DNA from: Auanema rhodensis
Taxonomy: Eukaryota > Animalia > Nematoda
DNA: 64,000 nucleotides
Direction of reading: 5' to 3'
Assembly: GCA_964057225.1 (NCBI GenBank)
Contig: OZ059897.1
Location: forward strand, 1,984,001-2,048,000
The notes under the pieces are model-generated. The model did no database searches. It was given only the letters and a program-made list of their open reading frames with translations, and was not told where the DNA came from. A program made the position numbers and the translations under genes. The number at the start of each line of letters is the position of its first letter. Position 1 is the first letter of the stretch. This document shows, piece by piece, positions 12,988-27,027 of the stretch.

Positions 12988-15900
12988 TTAAGCTGCGTCG
13001 ATCTGTGTTATCAGATTTGAGTTAGCTTAAAAATGCACCGAGATATCAACTGATATATGTTCACACTTATATCCTCGATTTTCACCCTGAAGAAATGATT
13101 TTTTCGTCGAAAAACATTGTCCATCGTCTTTGCCTTGAAAAAAAGAATCTAAAAACATTTACTTTTTGTGAAATTATTTAGAAATTTTTTGGGAAAATTT
13201 TTGTCAAAATGTTTTTGGAAGCAATGTTGAGTGTACATGGGAACTCAACATACACTAATGCATTATTTTTCAAACGATCATAACTTATTTTTGTATAGAG
13301 CGTTTCTCAATGTAGTATAGTGCATTCGATGCGGATTTTTAAGCTGCGTCGATCTGTGTTATCAGATTTGAGTTAGCTTAAAAATGCACCGAGATATCAA
13401 CTGATATATGTTCACACTTATATCCTCGATTTTCATCCTGAAGAAATGATTTTTTCGTTGAAAAACATTGTCCATTGTCTTTGCCTTGAAAAAAGGAATC
13501 TAAAAACATTTACTTTTTGTGAAATTATTTAGAAATTTTTCGGGAAAATTTTTGTCAAAATGTTTTTGGAAGCAATGTTGAGTGTACATGGGAACTCAAC
13601 ATACACTAATGCATTATTTTTCAAACGATCATAACTTATTTTTGTATAGAGCGTTTCTCAATGTAGTATAGTGCATTCGATGCGGATTTTTAAGCTGCGT
13701 CGATCTGTGTTATCAGATTTGAGTTAGCTTAAAAATGCACCGAGATATCAACTGATATATGTTCACACTTATATCCTCGATTTTCATCCTGAAGAAATGA
13801 TTTTTTCGTTGAAAAACATTGTCCATTGTCTTTGCCTTGAAAAAAGGAATCTAAAAACATTTACTTTTTGTGAAATTATTTAGAAATTTTTCGGGAAAAT
13901 TTTTGTCAAAATGTTTTTGGAAGCAATGTTGAGTGTACATGGGAACTCAACATACACTAATGCATTATTTTTCAAACGATCATAACTTATTTTTGTATAG
14001 AGCGTTTCTCAATGTAGTATAGTGCATTCGATGCGGATTTTTAAGCTGCGTCGATCTGTGTTATCAGATTTGAGTTAGCTTAAAAATGCACCGAGATATC
14101 AACTGATATATGTTCACACTTATATCCTCGATTTTCATCCTGAAGAAATGATTTTTTCGTTGAAAAACATTGTCCATTGTCTTTGCCTTGAAAAAAGGAA
14201 TCTAAAAACATTTACTTTCTGTGAAATTATTTAGAAATTTTTCGGGAAAATTTTTGTCAAAATGTTTTTGGAAGCAATGTTGAGTGTACATGGGAACTCA
14301 ACATACACTAATGCATTATTTTTCAAACGATCATAACTTATTTTTGTATAGAGCGTTTCTCAATGTAGTATAGTGCATTCGATGCGGATTTTTAAGCTGC
14401 GTCGATCTGTGTTATCAGATTTGAGTTAGCTTAAAAATGCACCGAGATATCAACTGATATATGTTCACACTTATATCCTCGATTTTCATCCTGAAGAAAT
14501 GATTTTTTCGTTGAAAAACATTGTCCATTGTCTTTGCCTTGAAAAAAGGAATCTAAAAACATTTACTTTTTGTGAAATTATTTAGAAATTTTTCGGGAAA
14601 ATTTTTGTCAAAATGTTTTTGGAAGCAATGTTGAGTGTACATGGGAACTCAACATACACTAATGCATTATTTTTCAAACGATCATAACTTATTTTTGTAT
14701 AGAGCGTTTCTCAATGTAGTATAGTGCATTCGATGCGGATTTTTAAGCTGCGTCGATCTGTGTTATCAGATTTGAGCTAGCTTAAAAATTCACCGAGATA
14801 TCAACTGATATATGTTCACACTTATATCCTCGATTTTCACCCTGAAGAAATGATTTTTTCGTTGAAAAACATTGTCCATCGTCTTTGCCTTGAAAAAAGG
14901 AATCTAAAAACATTTACTTTTTGTGAAATTATTTAGAAATTTTTCGGGAAAATTTTTGTCAAAATGTTTTTGGAAGCAATGTTGAGTGTACATGGGAACT
15001 CAACATACACTAATGCATTATTTTTCAAACGATCATAACTTATTTTTGTATAGAGCGTTTCTCAATGTAGTATAGTGCATTCGATGCGGATTTTTAAGCT
15101 GCGTTGATCTGTGTTATCAGATTTGAGTTAGCTTAAAAATGCACCGAGATATCAACTGATATATGTTCACACTTATATCCTCGATTTTCACCCTGAAGAA
15201 ATGATTTTTTCGTTGAAAAACATTGTCCATCATCTTTGCCTTGAAAAAAGGAATCTAAAAACATCTACTTTTTGTGAAATTATTTAGAAATTTTTCGGGA
15301 AAATTTTTGTCAAAATGTTTTTGGAAGCAATGTTGAGTGTACATAGGAACTCAACATACACTAATGCATTATTTTTCAAACGATCATAACTTATTTTTGT
15401 ATAGAGCGTTTCTCAATGTAGTATAGTGCATTCGATGCGGATTTCTAAGCTGCGTCGATCTGTGTTATCAGATTTGAGTTAGCTTAAAAATGCACCGAGA
15501 TATCAACTGATATATGTTCACACTTATATCCTCGATTTTCACCCTGAAGAAATGATTTTTTCGTCGAAAAACATTGTCCATCGTCTTTGCCTTGAAAAAA
15601 GGAATCTAAAAACATCTACTTTTTGTGAAATTATTTAGAAATTTTTCGGGAAAATTTTTGTCAAAATGTTTTTGGAAGCAATGTGGAGTGTACATGGGAA
15701 CTCAACATACACTAATGCATTATTTTTCAAACGATCATAACTTATTTTTGTATAGAGCGTTTCTCAATGTAGTATAGTGCATTCGATGCGGAGTTTTAAG
15801 CTGCGTCGATCTGTGTTATCAGATTTGAGTTAGCTTAAAAATGCACCGAGATATCAACTGATATATGTTCACACTTATATCCTCGATTTTCATCCTGAAG

Positions 15901-16497
15901 AAATGATTTTTTCGTTGAAAAACATTGTCCATTGTCTTTGCCTTGAAAAAAGGAATCTAAAAACATTCACTTTTTGTGAAATTATTTAGAAATTTTTCGG
16001 GAAAATTTTTGTCAAAATGTTTTTGGAAGCAATGTTGAGTGTACATGGGAACTCAACATACACTAATGCATTATTTTTCAAACGATCATAACTTATTTTT
16101 GTATAGAGCGTTTCTCAATGTAGTATAGTGCATTCGATGCGGATTTTTAAGCTGCGTCGATCTGTGTTATCAGATTTGAGCTAGCTTAAAAATTCACCGA
16201 GATATCAACTGATATATGTTCACACTTATATCCTCGATTTTCACCCTGAAGAAATGATTTTTTCGTTGAAAAACATTGTCCATCGTCTTTGCCTTGAAAA
16301 AAGGAATCTAAAAACATTTACTTTTTGTGAAATTATTTAGAAATTTTTCGGGAAAATTTTTGTCAAAATGTTTTTGGAAGCAATGTTGAGTGTACATGGG
16401 AACTCAACATACACTAATGCATTATTTTTCAAACGATCATAACTTATTTTTGTATAGAGCGTTTCTCAATGTAGTATAGTGCATTCGATGCGGATTT

Positions 16498-18603
16498 TTA
16501 AGCTGCGTTGATCTGTGTTATCAGATTTGAGTTAGCTTAAAAATGCACCGAGATATCAACTGATATATGTTCACACTTATATCCTCGATTTTCACCCTGA
16601 AGAAATGATTTTTTCGTCGAAAAACATTGTCCATCGTCTTTGCCTTGAAAAAAGGAATCTAAAAACATCTACTTTTTGTGAAATTATTTAGAAATTTTTC
16701 GGGAAAATTTTTGTCAAAATGTTTTTGGAAGCAATGTGGAGTGTACATGGGAACTCAACATACACTAATGCATTATTTTTCAAACGATCATAACTTATTT
16801 TTGTATAGAGCGTTTCTTAATGTAGTATAGTGCATTCGATGCGGATTTTTAAGCTGCGTCGATCTGTGTTATCAGATTTGAGTTAGCTTAAAAATACACC
16901 GAGATATCAACTGATATATGTTCACACTTATATCCTCGATTTTCATCCTGAAGAAATGATTTTTTCGTTGAAAAACATTGTCCATCGTCTTTGCCTCGAA
17001 AAAAGGAATCTAAAAACATCTACTTTTTGTGAAATTATTTAGAAATTTTTCGGGAAAATTTTTGTCAAAATGTTTTTGGAAGCAATGTTGAGTGTACATG
17101 GGAACTCAACATACACTAATGCATTATTTTTCAAACGATCATAACTCATTTTTGTATAGAGCGTTTCTTAATGTAGTATAGTGCATTCGATGCGGATTTT
17201 TAAGCTGCGTCGATCTGTGTTATCAGATTTGAGTTAGCTTAAAAATGCACCGAGATATCAACTGATATATGTTCACACTTATATCCTCGATTTTCACCCT
17301 GAAGAAATGATTTTTTCGTTGAATAACATTGTCCATCGTCTTTGCCTTGAAAAAAGGAATCTAAAAACATTTACTTTTTGTGAAATTATTTAGAAATTTT
17401 TCGGGAAAATTTTTGTCAAAATGTTTTTGGAAGCAATGTTGAGTGTACATGGGAACTCAACATACACTAATGCATTATTTTTCAAACGATCATAACTTAT
17501 TTTTGTATAGAGCGTTTCTCAATGTAGTATAGTGCATTCGATGCGGATTTTTAAGCTGCGTTGATCTGTGTTATCAGATTTGAGTTAGCTTAAAAATGCA
17601 CCGAGATATCAACTGATATATGTTCACACTTATATCCTCGATTTTCACCCTGAAGAAATGATTTTTTCGTCGAAAAACATTGTCCATCGTCTTTGCCTTG
17701 AAAAAAGGAATCTAAAAACATCTACTTTTTGTGAAATTATTTAGAAATTTTTCGGGAAAATTTTTGTCAAAATGTTTTTGGAAGCAATGTGGAGTGTACA
17801 TGGGAACTCAACATACACTAATGCATTATTTTTCAAACGATCATAACTTATTTTTGTATAGAGCGTTTCTTAATGTAGTATAGTGCATTCGATGCGGATT
17901 TTTAAGCTGCGTCGATCTGTGTTATCAGATTTGAGTTAGCTTAAAAATACACCGAGATATCAACTGATATATGTTCACACTTATATCCTCGATTTTCATC
18001 CTGAAGAAATGATTTTTTCGTTGAAAAACATTGTCCATCGTCTTTGCCTTGAAAAAAGGAATCTAAAAACATCTACTTTTTGTGAAATTATTTAGAAATT
18101 TTTCGGGAAAATTTTTGTCAAAATGTTTTTGGAAGCAATGTTGAGTGTACATGGGAACTCAACATACACTAATGCATTATTTTTCAAACGATCATAACTC
18201 ATTTTTGTATAGAGCGTTTCTTAATGTAGTATAGTGCATTCGATGCGGATTTTTAAGCTGCGTCGATCTGTGTTATCAGATTTGAGTTAGCTTAAAAATG
18301 CACCGAGATATCAACTGATATATGTTCACACTTATATCCTCGATTTTCACCCTGAAGAAATGATTTTTTCGTTGAATAACATTGTCCATCGTCTTTGTCT
18401 TGAAAAAAGGAATCTAAAAACATCTACTTTTTGTGAAATTATTTAGAAATTTTTCGGGAAAATTTTTGTCAAAATGTTTTTGGAAGCAATGTTGAGTGTA
18501 CATGGGAACTCAACATACACTAATGCATTATTTTTCAAACGATCATAACTAATTTCTGTAAATAGCGTTTCTCAATGTAGTATAGTGCATTCGATGCGGA
18601 TTT
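16498..18603. repeat. Tandem 3-monomer duplication (1053 bp)
   Basis: The series ATGTGGAG, then AATACACC/ACTCATT, then GAATAAC recurs at +1053 bp. The 3' part of the last monomer differs. Confidence 0.8.
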
Positions 18604-21600
18604 TTAAGCTGCGTCGATCTGTGTTATCAGATTTGAGTTAGCTTAAAAATGCACCGAGATATCAACTGATATATGTTCACACTTATATCCTCGATTTTCA
18701 CCCTGAAGAAATGATTTTTTCGTTGAAAAACATTGTCCATCGTCTTTGCCTTAAAAAAAAGAATCTAAAAACATTTACTTTTTGTGAAATTATTTAGAAA
18801 TTTTTCGGGAAAATTTTTGTCAAAATGTTTTTGGAAGCAATGTTGAGTGTACATGGGAACTCAACATACACTAATGCATTATTTTTCAAACGATCATAAC
18901 TTATTTTTGTATAGAGCGTTTCTCAATGTAGTATAGTGCATTCGATGCGGATTTTTAAGCTGCGTCGATCTGTGTTATCAGATTTGAGTTAGCTTAAAAA
19001 TGCACCGAGATATCAACTGATATATGTTCACACTTATATCCTCGATTTTCATCTTGAAGAAATGATTTTTTCGTTGAAAAACATTGTCCATCGTCTTTGC
19101 CTTGAAAAAAGGAATCTAAAAACATTTACTTTTTGTGAAATTATTTAGAAATTTTTCGGGAAAATTTTTGTCAAAATGTTTTTGGAAGCAATGTTGAGTG
19201 TACATGGGAACTCAACATACACTAATGCATTATTTTTCAAACGATCATAACTTATTTTTGTATAGAGCGTTTCTTAATGGAGTATAGTGCATTCGATGCG
19301 GATTTTTAAGCTGCGTCGATCTGTGTTATCAGATTTGAGTTAGCTTAAAAATGCACCGAGATATCAACTGATATATGTTCACACTTATATCCTCGATTTT
19401 CACCCTGAAGAAATGATTTTTTGGTTGAAAAACATTGTCCATCGTCTTCGTCTTGAAAAAAGGAATCTAAAAACACCTACTTTTTGTGAAATTATTTAGA
19501 AATTTTTCGGGAAAATTTTTGTCAAAATGTTTTTGGAAGCAATGTTGAGTGTACATGGGAACTCAACATACACTAATGCATTATTTTTCAAACGATCATA
19601 ACTTATTTTTGTATAGAGCGTTTCTTAATGGAGTATAGTGCATTCGATGCGGATTTTTAAGCTGCGTCGATCTGTGTTATCAGATTTGAGTTAGCTTAAA
19701 AATGCACCGAGATATCAACTGATATATGTTCACACTTATATCCTCGATTTTCACCCTGAAGAAATGATTTTTTCGTTGAATAACATTGTCCATCGTCTTT
19801 GTCTTGAAAAAAGAAATCTAAAAACATCTACTTTTTGTGAAATTATTTAGAAATTTTTCGGGAAAATTTTTGTCAAAATGTTTTTGGAAGCAATGTTGAG
19901 TGTACATGGGAACTCAACATACACTAATGCATTATTTTTCAAACGATCATAACTAATTTCTGTAAATAGCGTTTCTCGATGTAGTATAATGCATTCGATG
20001 CGGATTTTTAAGCTGCGTCGATCTGTGTTATCAGATTTGAGTTAGCTTAAAAATGCACCGAGATATCAACTGATATATGTTCACACTTATATCCTCGATT
20101 TTCACCCTGAAGAAATGATTTTTTCGTTGAAAAACATTGTCCATCGTCTTTGCCTTGAAAAAAGGAATCTAAAAACATTTACTTTTTGTGAAATTATTTA
20201 GAAATTTTTCGGGAAAATTTTTGTCAAAATGTTTTTGGAAGCAATGTTGAGTGTACATGGGAACTCAACATACACTAATGCATTATTTTTCAAACGATCA
20301 TAACTTATTTTTGTATAGAGCGTTTCTCAATGTAGTATAGTGCATTCGATGCGGATTTTTAAGCTGCGTCGATCTGTGTTATCAGATTTGAGTTAGCTTA
20401 AAAATGCACCGAGATATCAACTGATATATGTTCACACTTATATCCTCGATTTTCATCCTGAAGAAATGATTTTTTCGTTGAAAAACATTGTCCATTGTCT
20501 TTGCCTTGAAAAAAGGAATCTAAAAACATTTACTTTTTGTGAAATTATTTAGAAATTTTTCGGGAAAATTTTTGTCAAAATGTTTTTGGAAGCAATGTTG
20601 AGTGTACTTGGGAACTCAACATACACTAATGCATTATTTTTCAAACGATCATAACTTATTTTTGTATAGAGCGTTTCTTAATGTAGTATAGTGCATTCGT
20701 TGCGGATTTTTAAGCTGCGTCGATCTGTGTTATCAGATTTGAGTTAGCTTAAAAATGCACCGAGATATCAACTGATATATGTTCACACTTATATCCTCGA
20801 TTTTCACCCTGAAGAAATGATTTTTTCGTTGAAAAACATTGTCCATCGTCTTTGCCTTGAAAAAAGGAATCTAAAAACATTTACTTTTTGTGAAATTATT
20901 CAGAAATTTTTCGGGAAAATTTTTGTCAAAATGTTTTTGGAAGCAATGTTGAGTGTACATGGGAACTCAACATACACTAATGCATTATTTTTCAAACGAT
21001 CATAACTTATTTTTGTATAGAGCGTTTCTCAATGTAGTATAGTGCATTCGATGCGGATTTTTAAGCTGCGTCGATCTGTGTTATCAGATTTGAGCTAGCT
21101 TAAAAATGCACCGAGATATCAACTGATATATGTTCACACTTATATCCTCGATTTTCACCCTGAAGAAATGATTTTTTGGTTGAAAAACATTGTCCATCGT
21201 CTTCGTCTTGAAAAAAGGAATCTAAAAACACCTACTTTTTGTGAAATTATTTAGAAATTTTTCGGGAAAATTTTTGTCAAAATGTTTTTGGAAGCAATGT
21301 TGAGTGTACATGGGAACTCAACATACACTAATGCATTATTTTTCGAACGATCATAACTTATTTTTGTATAGCGCGTTTCCCAATGTAGTATAGTGCATTC
21401 GATGCGGATTTTTAAGCTGCGTCGATCTGTGTTATCAGATTTGAGTTAGCTTAAAAATGCACCGAGATATCAACTGATATATGTTCACACTTATATCCTC
21501 GATTTTCACCCTGAAGAAATGATTTTTTGGTTGAAAAACATTGTCCATCGTCTTCGTCTTGAAAAAAGGAATCTAAAAACACCTACTTTTTGTGAAATTA

Positions 21601-24219
21601 TTTAGAAATTTTTCGGGAAAATTTTTGTCAAAATGTTTTTGGAAGCAATGTTGAGTGTACATGGGAACTCAACATACACTAATGCATTATTTTTCAAACG
21701 ATCATAACTTATTTTTGTATAGAGCGTTTCTTAATGGAGTATAGTGCATTCGATGCGGATTTTTAAGCTGCGTCGATCTGTGTTATCAGATTTGAGTTAG
21801 CTTAAAAATGCACCGAGATATCAACTGATATATGTTCACACTTATATCCTCGATTTTCACCCTGAAGAAATGATTTTTTCGTTGAATAACATTGTCCATC
21901 GTCTTTGTCTTGAAAAAAGAAATCTAAAAACATCTACTTTTTGTGAAATTATTTAGAAATTTTTCGGGAAAATTTTTGTCAAAATGTTTTTGGAAGCAAT
22001 GTTGAGTGTACATGGGAACTCAACATACACTAATGCATTATTTTTCAAACGATCATAACTAATTTCTGTAAATAGCGTTTCTCGATGTAGTATAATGCAT
22101 TCGATGCGGATTTTTAAGCTGCGTCGATCTGTGTTATCAGATTTGAGTTAGCTTAAAAATGCACCGAGATATCAACTAATATATGTTCACACTTATATCC
22201 TCGATTTTCACCCTGAAGAAATGATTTTTTCGTTGAATAACATTGTCCATCGTCTTTGTCTTGAAAAAAGAAATCTAAAAACATCTACTTTTTGTGAAAT
22301 TATTTAGAAATTTTTCGGGAAAATTTTTGTCAAAATGTTTTTGGAAGCAATGTTGAGTGTACATGGGAACTCAACATACACTAATGCATTATTTTTCAAA
22401 CGATCATAACTAATTTCTGTAAATAGCGTTTCTCGATGTAGTATAATGCATTCGATGCGGATTTTTAAGCTGCGTCGATCTGTGTTATCAGATTTGAGTT
22501 AGCTTAAAAATGCACCGAGATATCAACTGATATATGTTCACACTTATATCCTCGATTTTCACCCTGAAGAAATGATTTTTTCGTTGAAAAACATTGTCCA
22601 TCGTCTTTGCCTTGAAAAAAGGAATCTAAAAACATTTACTTTTTGTGAAATTATTTAGAAATTTTTCGGGAAAATTTTTGTCAAAATGTTTTTGGAAGCA
22701 ATGTTGAGTGTACATGGGAACTCAACATACACTAATGCATTATTTTTCAAACGATAATAACTTATTTTTGTATAGAGCGTTTCTCAATGTAGTATAGTGC
22801 ATTCGATGCGGATTTTTAAGCTGCGTCGATCTGTGTTATCAGATTTGAGTTAGCTTAAAAATGCACCGAGATATCAACTGATATATGTTCACACTTATAT
22901 CCTCGATTTTCACCCTGAAGAAATGATTTTTTCGTTGAAAAACATTGTCCATCGTCTTTGCCTTGAAAAAAGGAATCTAAAAACATTTACTTTTTGTGAA
23001 ATTATTCAGAAATTTTTCGGGAAAATTTTTGTCAAAATGTTTTTGGAAGCAATGTTGAGTGTACATGGGAACTCAACATACACTAATGCATTATTTTTCA
23101 AACGATCATAACTTATTTTTGTATAGAGCGTTTCTCAATGTAGTATAGTGCATTCGATGCGGATTTTTAAGCTGCGTCGATCTGTGTTATCAGATTTGAG
23201 CTAGCTTAAAAATGCACCGAGATATCAACTGATATATGTTCACACTTATATCCTCGATTTTCACCCTGAAGAAATGATTTTTTGGTTGAAAAACATTGTC
23301 CATCGTCTTCGTCTTGAAAAAAGGAATCTAAAAACACCTACTTTTTGTGAAATTATTTAGAAATTTTTCGGGAAAATTTTTGTCAAAATGTTTTTGGAAG
23401 CAATGTTGAGTGTACATGGGAACTCAACATACACTAATGCATTATTTTTCAAACGATCATAACTTATTTTTGTATAGCGCGTTTCCCAATGTAGTATAGT
23501 GCATTCGATGCGGATTTTTAAGCTGCGTCGATCTGTGTTATCAGATTTGAGTTAGCTTAAAAATGCACCGAGATATCAACTTATATATGTTCACACTTAT
23601 ATCCTCGATTTTCACCCTGAAGAAATGATTTTTTCGTTGAATAACATTGTCCATCGTCTTTGTCTTGAAAAAAGAAATCTAAAAACATCTACTTTTTGTG
23701 AAATTATTTAGAAATTTTTCGGGAAAATTTTTGTCAAAATGTTTTTGGAAGCAATGTTGAGTGTACATGGGAACTCAACATACACTAATGCATTATTTTT
23801 CAAACGATCATAACTAATTTCTGTAAATAGCGTTTCTCGATGTAGTATAATGCATTCGATGCGGATTTTTAAGCTGCGTCGATCTGTGTTATCAGATTTG
23901 AGCTAGCTTAAAAATGCACCGAGATATCAACTGATATATGTTCACACTTATATCCTCGATTTTCACCCTGAAGAAATGATTTTTTGGTTGAAAAACATTG
24001 TCCATCGTCTTCGTCTTGAAAAAAGGAATCTAAAAACACCTACTTTTTGTGAAATTATTTAGAAATTTTTCGGGAAAATTTTTGTCAAAATGTTTTTGGA
24101 AGCAATGTTGAGTGTACATGGGAACTCAACATACACTAATGCATTATTTTTCAAACGATCATAACTTATTTTTGTATAGCGCGTTTCCCAATGTAGTATA
24201 GTGCATTCGATGCGGATTT

Positions 24220-27027
24220 TTAAGCTGCGTCGATCTGTGTTATCAGATTTGAGTTAGCTTAAAAATGCACCGAGATATCAACTGATATATGTTCACACTT
24301 ATATCCTCGATTTTCACCCTGAAGAAATGATTTTTTGGTTGAAAAACATTGTCCATCGTCTTCGTCTTGAAAAAAGGAATCTAAAAACACCTACTTTTTG
24401 TGAAATTATTTAGAAATTTTTCGGGAAAATTTTTGTCAAAATGTTTTTGGAAGCAATGTTGAGTGTACATGGGAACTCAACATACACTAATGCATTATTT
24501 TTCAAACGATAATAACTTATTTTTGTATAGAGCGTTTCTCAATGTAGTATAGTGCATTCGATGCGGATTTTTAAGCTGCGTCGATCTGTGTTATCAGATT
24601 TGAGTTAGCTTAAAAATGCACCGAGATATCAACTGATATATGTTCACACTTATATCCTCGATTTTCACCCTGAAGAAATGATTTTTTCGTTGAAAAACAT
24701 TGTCCATCGTCTTTGCCTTGAAAAAAGGAATCTAAAAACATTTACTTTTTGTGAAATTATTCAGAAATTTTTCGGGAAAATTTTTGTCAAAATGTTTTTG
24801 GAAGCAATGTTGAGTGTACATGGGAACTCAACATACACTAATGCATTATTTTTCAAACGATCATAACTTATTTTTGTATAGAGCGTTTCTCAATGTAGTA
24901 TAGTGCATTCGATGCGGATTTTTAAGCTGCGTCGATCTGTGTTATCAGATTTGAGCTAGCTTAAAAATGCACCGAGATATCAACTGATATATGTTCACAC
25001 TTATATCCTCGATTTTCACCCTGAAGAAATGATTTTTTGGTTGAAAAACATTGTCCATCGTCTTCGTCTTGAAAAAAGGAATCTAAAAACACCTACTTTT
25101 TGTGAAATTATTTAGAAATTTTTCGGGAAAATTTTTGTCAAAATGTTTTTGGAAGCAATGTTGAGTGTACATGGGAACTCAACATACACTAATGCATTAT
25201 TTTTCAAACGATCATAACTTATTTTTGTATAGCGCGTTTCCCAATGTAGTATAGTGCATTCGATGCGGATTTTTAAGCTGCGTCGATCTGTGTTATCAGA
25301 TTTGAGTTAGCTTAAAAATGCACCGAGATATCAACTGATATATGTTCACACTTATATCCTCGATTTTCACCCTGAAGAAATGATTTTTTCGTTGAATAAC
25401 ATTGTCCATCGTCTTTGTCTTGAAAAAAGAAATCTAAAAACATCTACTTTTTGTGAAATTATTTAGAAATTTTTCGGGAAAATTTTTGTCAAAATGTTTT
25501 TGGAAGCAATGTTGAGTGTACATGGGAACTCAACATACACTAAGGCATTATTTTTCAAACGATCATAACTAATTTCTGTAAATAGCGTTTTTCGATGTAG
25601 TATAATGCATTCGATGCGGATTTTTAAGCTGCGTCGATCTGTGTTATCAGATTTGAGTTAGCTTAAAAATGCACCGAGATATCAACTGATATATGTTCAC
25701 ACTTATATCCTCGATTTTCACCCTGAAGAAATGATTTTTTGGTTGAAAAACATTGTCCATCGTCTTCGTCTTGAAAAAAGGAATCTAAAAACACCTACTT
25801 TTTGTGAAATTATTTAGAAATTTTTCGGGAAAATTTTTGTCAAAATGTTTTTGGAAGCAATGTTGAGTGTACATGGGAACTCAACATACACTAATGCATT
25901 ATTTTTCAAACGATAATAACTTATTTTTGTATAGAGCGTTTCTCAATGTAGTATAGTGCATTCGATGCGGATTTTTAAGCTGCGTCGATCTGTGTTATCA
26001 GATTTGAGTTAGCTTAAAAATGCACCGAGATATCAACTGATATATGTTCACACTTATATCCTCGATTTTCACCCTGAAGAAATGATTTTTTCGTTGAAAA
26101 ACATTGTCCATCGTCTTTGCCTTGAAAAAAGGAATCTAAAAACATTTACTTTTTGTGAAATTATTCAGAAATTTTTCGGGAAAATTTTTGTCAAAATGTT
26201 TTTGGAAGCAATGTTGAGTGTACATGGGAACTCAACATACACTAATGCATTATTTTTCAAACGATCATAACTTATTTTTGTATAGAGCGTTTCTCAATGT
26301 AGTATAGTGCATTCGATGCGGATTTTTAAGCTGCGTCGATCTGTGTTATCAGATTTGAGCTAGCTTAAAAATGCACCGAGATATCAACTGATATATGTTC
26401 ACACTTATATCCTCGATTTTCACCCTGAAGAAATGATTTTTTGGTTGAAAAACATTGTCCATCGTCTTCGTCTTGAAAAAAGGAATCTAAAAACACCTAC
26501 TTTTTGTGAAATTATTTAGAAATTTTTCGGGAAAATTTTTGTCAAAATGTTTTTGGAAGCAATGTTGAGTGTACATGGGAACTCAACATACACTAATGCA
26601 TTATTTTTCAAACGATCATAACTTATTTTTGTATAGCGCGTTTCCCAATGTAGTATAGTGCATTCGATGCGGATTTTTAAGCTGCGTCGATCTGTGTTAT
26701 CAGATTTGAGTTAGCTTAAAAATGCACCGAGATATCAACTGATATATGTTCACACTTATATCCTCGATTTTCACCCTGAAGAAATGATTTTTTCGTTGAA
26801 TAACATTGTCCATCGTCTTTGTCTTGAAAAAAGAAATCTAAAAACATCTACTTTTTGTGAAATTATTTAGAAATTTTTCGGGAAAATTTTTGTCAAAATG
26901 TTTTTGGAAGCAATGTTGAGTGTACATGGGAACTCAACATACACTAAGGCATTATTTTTCAAACGATCATAACTAATTTCTGTAAATAGCGTTTTTCGAT
27001 GTAGTATAATGCATTCGATGCGGATTT
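24220..27027. repeat. Tandem 4-monomer duplication (1404 bp)
   Basis: Private allele TAAGGCATTA with its G at 25544 and 26948 (+1404). The ATTCAG monomers open ORFs at 24678 and 26082 (+1404). Confidence 0.88.
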
